A stretch of DNA of 64,000 bases from Rebecca billardiae RCC1528 (taxonomy: Eukaryota > Protista > Haptophyta), in the NCBI GenBank assembly GCA_965240325.2, contig OZ251247.1:1-64000 (forward strand), in the 5' to 3' direction. The notes beneath the pieces are model-generated. The model worked only from the letters and a program-made list of their open reading frames with translations, was not told the DNA's origin and searched no databases. Made by a program: the position numbers and the translations under genes. This document shows positions 36,114 through 45,389 of this stretch, piece after piece. The first letter of the stretch is position 1; each line of letters starts with the position of its first letter.

Positions 36114-36901
36114 TGAGCCAAGGGTAGTACCCTTGGCTGAGTGCGTCAGCTCCTGGCCACTGGCATCAGCAACTGAGCAAGGTTGGTACTGTCACTTATT
36201 ATGTCAGTTCCTGCTGACGCCGGCTGACTACGCGCATTGATGCCGCAGCATATCACTGCTACTGCGCTCGTCTGCGACTTGTGAGCAGAGTGTCCGGCGC
36301 AGTTGATCACTCTCAGGCGGGCCGGTCGTGAACACCGTTGGTGAACACGGGAACGGCGTCAGCGGCAGAGCAGACCGGCCGCGCCTGAGTCGCCACTGCT
36401 GAGACGACCCGGATGATGAATGACGCCTGCATAGTGCATGGCTGCTGGCTCTGGCCGACACCAGCTCGGCTGCTCACTGCACGCAGTCGGCACTGCGGCC
36501 GCGACTCCGACGGCCGCCGGGCAGCGCTGCTCAGAGTGCACGCGTACACGCCGCACTGCGCATCGGACTCGGCAGTCCGGACTCGGCGCCTGCAGGCAGG
36601 ACTCAGCCGCGCGGCGCACGTGCCGTCGCGCCGGCTAGACCCCCGCCCCCCCCTTCCCCCCGCCCCCCGCCGGCCGGGCCCAGGGCGGCACGCGCGGCTG
36701 CAGTGCCGCAGCCCTCACCGCCCGGAGACGCGCGCTGTTGCCCCCTCCGCGGCCAGTGCCGTGCGCACCCGTGCCGCGCCCAGTGCGCCCGGCGTGCAGC
36801 GGCACCTCCCCTCCTCCCCCCGCGCACCCCCACACTCCCCGCTGCAGGCAGGCGCGCAGCGGCTCCGGCTGCCGGCCCTCGCCCCTCGGAGGCAGGCGGC
36901 G

Positions 36902-38350
36902 TCAGCAGACGCGCGCCCGCCACGCCGTCTCGACGCACGTGGGCTTGGCAATCGACGAGCGCTCGGCCAAGCTCATGCCGAGGCCGAGCGCAGCCGAGCG
37001 CTTGCCGCACGCGTACACGCTGCCGTCCGCACTCACAAACAGCGAGTGGGCATCGCCCATGGCACAGTGCACCACGCGAGCTTGGGCGAGGACGCCCCGT
37101 CGTGTGCGGGTATTGGGAGCTGCTTTCCTGCGCCGCCCGAGCGGGCCGTGCCCGTTGTCCCCGAACGTGTGCACGCTGCCGTCCGCGCCCACCACCGCGC
37201 TGCTGCCAGAGCCGGCGCACGCGCGCACGGCGCGCACACCCGCGATGGTGTCAATCCGCCTCGGTGTGGGCTGCGTGTGCGTGTCTCCGTGCCCCAGCCT
37301 GCCATCCGCGCCGTGCCCAAACGAGTACACCACCCCGTTGCTGTCCACCACCAGGCTGTGCATATAGCCCGCGCTCACGTGCACGGCGCGCACGCCCGCG
37401 AGCGCCTCGATGCGCCTCGGCGTGAGCTGATCCTCCTCACCGCCGTGGCCGAGCTGGCCCATGTAGCCATGGCCGCACGAGTAGACGGCGCCGTGCGCCG
37501 AGAGCAGTAGCGTGTGGAATGCGCCCGCGGCGACGCCGCCCACGCGCACGCCGTCCAGCGCCTCGATGCGCGTCGGCTCCCACCGGTCCTCCTTGTCGCC
37601 GTGGCCGAGCTGGCCGTCCCCGTTCCAGCCCCAGCTGTACGCGCACCCAACGGCGCTGAGCGCGAGGCTGTGGTAGGTGCCAGCGGCGATGCCCACCACC
37701 ACGACGCCAGCGAGCGCCACGATCGGCTCAAGCTCGCGCCGCTCCTCCGCGTCCCCCAGCCCCAGCTGGCCCCTGCTGTTGTGGCCGCAGCCGTACACGG
37801 CGCCGGCCTCGCTCAGCGCGAGCAGGTGCTCGCCGGCGGCCACCGCAGCTACGCGCACCGCGCTGAGGGAGGTGACGCGCGTCGGCACGCGCACTGCCGG
37901 CGCATCGCGGTGGCCGGTTGCCGCTCGCGCAATATACTCGCCCGTCAGTCGCCTGGTGTCCTCGTCCTCCGCCTTCTCCTCGCCGCACGTGTGCAGCCCG
38001 CCCTCCGCGTCCACAAACGCGCTGAACTCAGCGCCTGCCGAGACCGGGGATGCGTGCGCGCGTGCGAGCTTGTGAAGGCACTCGCGCAGGAACAGCTCCT
38101 CTGCCCACGTGCGCACGCCCGAGGGCAGCGCCGCCGGCAGCGCGCGCTCGTGCCCCCGCGCGCGTGCACGCTCGCGCAGCGCGCGCTCGACCGCCGAGCG
38201 CCCGCCGGGCGGCGCGGCGTGGAAGACGCGCGCGGTGGCGTTCAGGCTGGCGAGATCGCGCAGCCGCAGGAGTGACGTGATGCGGTCGAGCACCTCTGAC
38301 GGCAGGTCGTCGAACCCGGGGCGCGGTGCGTGCGTCCGTGCCGTGGCCAT
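36902..38350 (-). CDS. F-box + 7x RCC1-repeat protein, copy 9 (type B, ~482 aa)
   Basis: Intact ORF, near-duplicate of copy 4 including the upstream flank. Confidence 0.93.
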   Translation of the reverse strand: MATARTHAPRPGFDDLPSEVLDRITSLLRLRDLASLNATARVFHAAPPGGRSAVERALRERARARGHERALPAALPSGVRTWAEELFLRECLHKLARAHASPVSAGAEFSAFVDAEGGLHTCGEEKAEDEDTRRLTGEYIARAATGHRDAPAVRVPTRVTSLSAVRVAAVAAGEHLLALSEAGAVYGCGHNSRGQLGLGDAEERRELEPIVALAGVVVVGIAAGTYHSLALSAVGCAYSWGWNGDGQLGHGDKEDRWEPTRIEALDGVRVGGVAAGAFHTLLLSAHGAVYSCGHGYMGQLGHGGEEDQLTPRRIEALAGVRAVHVSAGYMHSLVVDSNGVVYSFGHGADGRLGHGDTHTQPTPRRIDTIAGVRAVRACAGSGSSAVVGADGSVHTFGDNGHGPLGRRRKAAPNTRTRRGVLAQARVVHCAMGDAHSLFVSADGSVYACGKRSAALGLGMSLAERSSIAKPTCVETAWRARVC

Positions 38351-39745
38351 CGAGTCGAGCGCGAGAGAGGAGGAGGGCTGATGAGTTGAGGTGAGGAACC
38401 GGCAGGGGTGGACAGGGCAAGACAGGGCCAGGGATGGCACAAGCGATTCGCCGAATTGCCAAATGCCAGCCAATTCGCCGAATTCGCCGATTCGCGAGAA
38501 CGCTGGGCGCGTTCGGCGAAAGTGATGGCGAAAATAATGCCCGCCCGATCCGGGCGGTACCACTCGAGACCCCTCATTGGGAACGGATAACTCGACGGGT
38601 GGGCGCGGGCAAAGGTGGCTCGATGGCCGCATCCCGACGCATGGACGTGTTCTCCTCGTCGTGCTCGACACGGCAATACCGGTCTCGCCGCCGCCGGATG
38701 TCCCGTTGGAGAGCGCCGTGCGCTTGACGGAGGGCAGGTTTTGCAGGTGTCCGCCAGTGCTGACCCCTCATTGGGAACGCTCGCGCACGCGCGCGCACTG
38801 TGAGCACCACTGCGGCCGACAGTGTTGCACAGGTTTGAGGAGCGGTTCACTGCGTGGGACCGCTCGAGGTGAGGGCATGGGCAATGGGGGGTGTAGAACT
38901 CTTCCCAAATGCGAGATGTGGGCATGCCTCTGCATCTCGCAACGCAGTGGTGTCACCCGGCGCGCGCTTGCCCTTGGTACGGCAAGCGGATGAAGCGGTC
39001 GGCTGCATCGTCGTGCTCGTGTTTGACACGTGAGATCGCGCTGCTCTCCAGACGACGTCGGTGCAGTCTTCAACCCACTGACTTGACTATGGCATCGCCG
39101 CTGGTTGGCGCCCAGCGCCGTCTGATGAGAGCCCCCAAATCCGAGTATCATTACCGCAAGTGCTGCCGTATTAGTCTGCTGCTTCGGATACTGCTCGCCT
39201 GTAGTGACTTGTGAGCAGCGTCCGGCGCGCGGTTTCAGATCATAGGCGGGCCGGCCGTGAACGCCTACTACCGTTGGTAACACGGGGACGGCGTCCGCGG
39301 CACGGAGCAGACAGGCCGCGCCGCCTGAACTCGTCGCCACTGATGATGCGCGCTGTCATCTGAATCTGATGATGAGCCCGGACCCGCGGAATCACCCGGT
39401 GACGACCCGGATGACTATGCTGCTAGTCGGACGACGCCTGCATATAGTCGGCATAATGGCGGCTATGCGCGGCTTATCTTATGGCCGATAACCCGCTAGG
39501 CTGCTCACGGCACGCAATCGGCACTGCGGCCGCGACTCCGACGGCCGCCGGGCAGCGCTGCTCAGAGTGCACGCGTACACGCCGCACTGCGCCCCGGACT
39601 CGGCAGTCCGGACTCCGCGCCTGCAGGCAGGACTCAGCCGGCCAGCCCCCGTCCCCTCCGGCCCCGCGCACCTCGACACTCCCCGCCTCAGGCAGGCCCG
39701 CAGCGGCTCCGGCTGCCTGCCCTCGCCCCTCGGAGGCAGGCGGCG

Positions 39746-41209
39746 TCAGCAGACGCGCGCACGCCACGCCGTCTCGACGCACGCGGGCGTGTCAGTACGC
39801 CGGGTGGGCTCGTCTTGCTCGGCCGCGCTCATGCCGAGGCCGAGCGCAGCCGAGCGCTTGCCGCACGCGTGCACGCTGCCGTCCGCACTCACAAACAGCG
39901 AGTGGGAGTCGCCCATGGCACAGTGCACTGCGCGATCTTGGGCAAGGGCAGGCGCTCGCGTGGGCGCTTTGACGTCCGCCTCTCCGTGCCCCAGCCCGAG
40001 CTGGCCGTCCTCGTTGCACCCGAACGTGTGCACGCTGCCGTCCGCGCCCAGCACCGCGCTGCTGCCCAGACCAGCGCACGCGCGCACGGCGCGCACACCA
40101 GCGAGCGCCTTGACGCGCTTGGGCTTGCGCCGACCGACAGTGTCGCCGTGCCCGAGATTGCCTCCCGATTCACATCCAAACGAGTGCACCGCCCCCTCGG
40201 CGTCCGCCACCAGGCTGTGCGCGTAGCCCGCGCTCACGTGCACGGCGCGCACGCCCGCGAGCGCCTCGATGCGCCTCGGCGTGTGCTGAGACTGCCGGTC
40301 GCCGTGGCCGAGCTGGCCCACGTAGCCATGGCCGCACGAGTAGACGGCGCCGTGCGCCGAGAGCAGTAGCGTGTGGAATGCGCCCGCGGCGACGCCGCCC
40401 ACGCGCACGCCGTCCAGCGCCTCGATGCGCGTCGGCTCCCGCCGCTTCTTCGTGTCGCCGTGGCCGAGCTGGCCGTCGTCGTTGAAGCCCCAGCTGTACG
40501 CACACCCAGCGGCGGTGAGCGCGAGGCTGTGGTCGTCGCCAGCGGCGATGCCCACCACCACGACGCCAGCGAGCGCCACGATCGGCTCAAACTCGCGCCG
40601 CTCCTCCGCGTCCCCCAGCCCGAGCTGGCCGTACCTGTTGTTGCCGCAGCCGTACACAGCGCCGGCCTCGCTCAGCGCGAGCAGGTGGCAGCTGCCAGCG
40701 GCCACCGCGACCACCCGCACCGCACTGAGGGAGGCGACGCGCGTCGGCACGCGCACTGCCGGCGCATCGTGGTGGCCGGCTGCAAAGTGCGCTCGATACT
40801 CGCCCGTCAGACGTCGGAGCTCGTCCCGCACCTCCTCCTCGCCGCACGTGTGCAGCCCGCCCTCCGCGTCCACAAACGCGCTGAAGTCAAAGCCGCACGC
40901 GACAGGGGATGCGTGCGCGCGTGCGAGCTTGTGAAGGCGCTCGCGCAGGAACAGCGCCTCTGCCCACGTGCGCACGCCCGAGGGCAGCGCCGCCAGCAGC
41001 GCGCGCTCGTGCCCCCGCGCGCGTGCACGCTCGCGCAGCGCGCGCTCGACCGCCGAGCGCCCGCCGGGCGGCGCGGCGTGGAAGACGCGCGCGGTGGCGT
41101 TCAGGCTGGCGAGATCACGCAGCCGCAGGAGTGACGTGATGCGGTCGAGCACCTCTGACGGCAGGTCGTCGAACCCGGGGCGCGGTGCGTGCGTCCGTGC
41201 CGTGGCCAT
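39746..41209 (-). CDS. F-box + 7x RCC1-repeat protein, copy 10 (type B, 487 aa)
   Basis: The ORF starts at MATART, has seven RCC1 repeats and ends AWRARVC*. Confidence 0.94.
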   Translation of the reverse strand: MATARTHAPRPGFDDLPSEVLDRITSLLRLRDLASLNATARVFHAAPPGGRSAVERALRERARARGHERALLAALPSGVRTWAEALFLRERLHKLARAHASPVACGFDFSAFVDAEGGLHTCGEEEVRDELRRLTGEYRAHFAAGHHDAPAVRVPTRVASLSAVRVVAVAAGSCHLLALSEAGAVYGCGNNRYGQLGLGDAEERREFEPIVALAGVVVVGIAAGDDHSLALTAAGCAYSWGFNDDGQLGHGDTKKRREPTRIEALDGVRVGGVAAGAFHTLLLSAHGAVYSCGHGYVGQLGHGDRQSQHTPRRIEALAGVRAVHVSAGYAHSLVADAEGAVHSFGCESGGNLGHGDTVGRRKPKRVKALAGVRAVRACAGLGSSAVLGADGSVHTFGCNEDGQLGLGHGEADVKAPTRAPALAQDRAVHCAMGDSHSLFVSADGSVHACGKRSAALGLGMSAAEQDEPTRRTDTPACVETAWRARVC

Positions 41210-41312
41210 CGAGTCGAGCGCGAGAGAGGAGGAGGGCTGCCGATGAGTTGAGGTGAGGAACCGGCAGGAGGGTGGAGGACTGGTGGACAGGGCAAGACAA
41301 GGGCACCCGGCC

Positions 41313-42062
41313 CCAACCGGTCCAGACCTCAGGATTTGGGAAACTCGGAAAATGAGAAAAATTCAAAACCCGCCGCGTGCGCCCGCCACAGCCATCCGCC
41401 GCGAGGCGCCGCCCGCTGCCGCGCCGCCGCGGTCGTAGACGTGCACGCGGCGATGGCGCACGCGGTCGGGCAGAGGCATAGGGCCTTTCTGCGCCGCCCT
41501 GCGCCGGGCAACTCGCGTCTGACCATCTTCTCGGCGCCTTGAGCCCGCACGGGCGTGTGCGCCGCCTCTCGGCTTCAGCCGTGCTGTCGTCCCCGCAAAG
41601 TATGCGCGCGCTGAGCGCAACCCGAGGCGCGCATCCCAGGACGGCGTGAGCCATGTGACAGTACGGTCATGGGCGCGCGCCATGGCGCCCAGCGGCTTCA
41701 CGTGCGTGCCTCTTCGCTGCCTCGGCAGGCAAGGCGCGGCATGTCTCTGGCTGAATGTGGCGGCGGCACACCGGCTCGCGCTCGCGCGGGCCTGCAGCTG
41801 ACCGTCGAGGTGCGAGGGCGCGAAGCGCTGCGCCACGCGCAAGCGACAGTAGTTCACCGCTTCGCTACCGCCCCGCTGCGTCCCATCGGAAGATCTACTG
41901 GACTTCGCGCGGCCTCGCCCTGGCGGCGGAAGGCGAGAGCGAGGTGGCGGCGGGAGCGTCCGCCCCAGCGCGCGCCAACCTGACGAAACCCTTAACCTGC
42001 ACGCCAGTGGGCCGCCCACTGGCGTGCAGGTTAAGGATAATCCTGAGGTCTGGACCGGTTGG
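41313..42062. mobile_element. ~750-bp TIR element with an internal perfect palindrome
   Basis: 24-bp TIRs CCAACCGGTCCAGACCTCAGGATT / AATCCTGAGGTCTGGACCGGTTGG. A perfect palindrome with 23-bp arms lies at 41990-42036. No TSD was recognised. Confidence 0.6.
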
Positions 42063-42555
42063 AGGGGCGCGGCGCGTCCCCGGCCCGGCTGCTGCGCTGG
42101 TCGTCTGATTCCCATCACACTTCACACACGGGAAGAAAGATTCGAACGAAAGATTCCCCTGGCCGGCCCGGCTGCCACTGGCCTTCTCGCCTGCGGCCTG
42201 AGCTGTGTGCGTCCAGGGCCAGGCAACAGCCTTTTGAGACGACTCCGAGGTGCGCCCTCCGCAGGCACAGTACGGACTAGTACGGACTATGGGTGCTGCC
42301 ACTCGAGCCAGCGGTCCTGACGGCTTACCCGCAGTGACCGATATTCGCAGTGCCCGCCGCCGGCTGCCGGCCGTGCTCGCGGCACGCAGTCAGCGCTGCT
42401 GCCGCAACACCGACGGCCGCCAAGCAGCTGCTCAGAGTGCGCACACGCCGCACGGCGCCCGGACTCTGTACCCCGTGCCGCGCCCACGGCCACTGCCCCC
42501 ACATCTCCACACGCCCTTCTCAGTGCCCCACCCGCCTGCCCCCTGCTCCTGCCCC

Positions 42556-44410
42556 TCAGAGGTTGAAGGCCACGGATGCGCCCAGGTTGCGCAGCGTGGA
42601 GTGGCTCTCGTTGAGCTGCGCCTTCACGTGCAGCCCCACCGAGCGGGAGAGCTGCGCACACAGCAGCAGCACCAGCACCACCGCACACACACAGCAGGAG
42701 AGAGAGAGTCCGGGGGGTGGTGAGAGGGTCCGGGAGGGGGTAGGGAGGTGGGGATGCACGGGGGGCGGAGGGCGGTGGTGAGGCTGGGCGCACGGCTGCT
42801 GCCTCGGTGGTGCGCTGACGGCTGCGCGGCCCCAGCCCGGGAGCGCTTGCGCAGACGTGAGATGTGACCCGCGCGCCAACCCGCGCGCGCACCTTGAGCG
42901 AGTAGAGCATGTTGACGACGCCGTGCCGCTCCGCCGCCACCTTGAGCGCGTGCGGCCCCGCGGAGAGCGTGCCGCCCAGCAGCAGCCGCTCCACCACGTC
43001 CGACTGACACCCGGCGGCACGGGGGCAGCGGGGGCAGCAGCAGGGGGGCAGCAGCAGGGGGGCAGCAGCAGGGGGGCGGCAGCAGCAGCACACAGCGGCA
43101 GGGGCACACCGGCCAGCCGGGCGGGGAGGGAGGGAGGGGGGTGAGTGCCGTGTGTGGGCGGGCAGCCGTGGGGTGGGCAGACGGCGGTGTGGGCGGCGGG
43201 CGGCGGGCGGTGGGCGGGGCGGGCAGCCGGTGGCGGCGGGGAGCCGGCCGCGCGGGCCGCGCCGCCACCGCCTGCGCTGGGCGCGCGCGCGGCCCGCGCG
43301 CGCAGCAGCCGGCTTGCGGGCACGCGCCCGGGGCAGCCCCCAAGCCCACCGCCCCCACGCCCACCCCCACGCCCACACGCACGCCCGCACCTGCACGTTG
43401 TACGCCACGGAGCCGCCCAGCGCCAGTCCGGGCCTGAGCCGCACGTACAGCGCTGAGCCCACGCGCGAGCCCAGCGTGTTCGTGCCCAGCGCCATCGCCA
43501 GCCGGCCCGAGCGGCAGCTGCGGGGCGGGGGGTTGGGGGCGTGGGTGGGCGTGATGATGGGCGTGAGTGAGGGGCGGGCGGCCGTGCGTGCGGAGGGGGC
43601 GGGGCGGGGCAGCGGGCGGCCGCGCGCCACTGCAGCTGCTGCCGCAGCGCAGCAGCGCCGCAGCGCGCGCTGCGCTCGGGCGTGGGCGGGGCCAGCAATG
43701 CGGCCCCACGCGTGTGCGTGTGCTCGTGGGCACACCCGCTCCACAGCCACGCGCCCTCGAGGCACGCGCAGTGCCACCACCACCACCACAGACACACACA
43801 CACCCGCGCGCGCACACGCGCACACAGCGCGCCGGTCGCTACTGCCCCTCACCGCACTGAGAAGTCGGAGGAGAAAGGGACGTAGATCGACTCCTCGAGC
43901 TCGCGCCGCGCGAGCTCGGCCGCGTCGCGCGTGAGCGAGGTGAGGTGCGTCTGCATGCCCTGCGAGCCGCCACCGCGCGGCGGGCGTGCGCGCGCGTGGC
44001 GCCGGCGGCGGTCGGCCGGCGCGGCGGCGAGCGCCGCGCACGCGCGCGCGGCGCGCGGCGCGCAGCACATCGGGCGCGCGCGCGCATCCCCCCCGCGCGC
44101 GTGCACACGCACACACGCACGCACACACACGCGCGCCCGCGCGCACCCCGAACGCCGCCGCGTGCTGCGCCAGCTCCTCCTCCCGCGCGTGCAGCCGCTG
44201 CGTGAGCGCGCCCTCGCGACGCTTCAGCTCGTCCGCCTCCGCGGTGCGCGCGGCGAGCTCGGCGCGGACGGCGGCGAGCTCGGCGGTGCGGGTGGTGAGG
44301 GTGGACGGGCCGGACCCCTCGCGCGCCGCGCGCACCGCCGCCTCGTGCTCCGCCTTGGTCACGAGCCCGAGCGCGCGCAGCACGCCGCGCGGCGGCATCG
44401 GCAAGCCCGA

Positions 44411-44442
<32 letters not shown>

Positions 44443-44512
44443 CGTCGGCGGCGTCGGGCGCGGGGGGCGAGGTGGAGCCGCCGGGCGGGGTCGCGCCGTC
44501 CGCGTCCGCCAT
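42556..44512 (-). CDS. 5-exon gene (~268 aa): N-terminal coiled coil plus C-terminal amphipathic beta-strands ending in a beta-signal-like motif (porin/Tom40-like C-terminal half)
   Basis: Exons 44512-44147, 43959-43853, 43517-43391, 43003-42893 and 42651-42556. All introns are GT-AG and in phase (807 nt total). The protein ends ...SVGLHVKAQLNESHSTLRNLGASVAFNL*. The ATG is 6 nt from the gap, so the 5' end may be incomplete. The exon structure is well supported; the function is tentative. Confidence 0.7.
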
Positions 44513-44518
44513 GCCGCG

Positions 44519-44718
44519 NNNNNNNNNNNNNNNNNNNNNNNNNNNNNNNNNNNNNNNNNNNNNNNNNNNNNNNNNNNNNNNNNNNNNNNNNNNNNNNNNN
44601 NNNNNNNNNNNNNNNNNNNNNNNNNNNNNNNNNNNNNNNNNNNNNNNNNNNNNNNNNNNNNNNNNNNNNNNNNNNNNNNNNNNNNNNNNNNNNNNNNNNN
44701 NNNNNNNNNNNNNNNNNN
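44519..44718. other. Assembly gap (exactly 200 N)
   Basis: A round-number N run, which marks a scaffolding join of unknown true size. Confidence 0.99.
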
Positions 44719-45098
44719 CCCTAACCCTAACCCTAACCCTAACCCTAACCCTAACCCTAACCCTAACCCTAACCCTAACCCTAACCCTAACCCTAACCCT
44801 AACCCTAACCCTAACCCTAACCCTAACCCTAACCCTAACCCTAACCCTAACCCTAACCCTAACCCTAACCCTAACCCTAACCCTAACCCTAACCCTAACC
44901 CTAACCCTAACCCTAACCCTAACCCTAACCCTAACCCTAACCCTAACCCTAACCCTAACCCTAACCCTAACCCTAACCCTAACCCTAACCCTAACCCTAA
45001 CCCTAACCCTAACCCTAACCCTAACCCTAACCCTAACCCTAACCCTAACCCTAACCCTAACCCTAACCCTAACCCTAACCCTAACCCTAACCCTAACC

Positions 45099-45152
<54 letters not shown>

Positions 45153-45160
45153 CCCTAACC
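44719..45160. repeat. Telomeric repeat (CCCTAA)n, ~70 units
   Basis: Perfect CCCTAA array in left-chromosome-end orientation, degenerating near 45118-45160. Confidence 0.98.
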
Positions 45161-45244
45161 TAGGGTTAGGGCCGAGGTTAGGGTTAGGGTCGTGGTTAGT
45201 GTTAGGGTCGTGGTTAGGGTTAGGGTTAGGGTGGTGGTTAGGGT
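45161..45244. repeat. Short inverted, degenerate (TTAGGG)n tract
   Basis: TAGGGTTAGGGCCGAGGTTAGGGTTAGGGTCGTGGTTAG... immediately follows the CCCTAA tract, in the opposite orientation. Confidence 0.85.
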
Positions 45245-45389
45245 CGCCGGTACTAAAATGAGAATTTCTCGAGATTGACCGAACCGATTTCAACGAGACT
45301 TGGGCTCTGCCATGGAAATGGGAAGGGCTAGGGGCCCTCCAATTTTGAGAGGATTCGGCTCGGTCAATCTCGAGAAAACATACTTCTAG

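Noticed and set aside
42287-44512. 741-aa single-exon ORF from the track
   Set aside because: It reads through GC-rich introns. The 5-exon model with canonical, in-phase splice sites explains the protein-like segments better.
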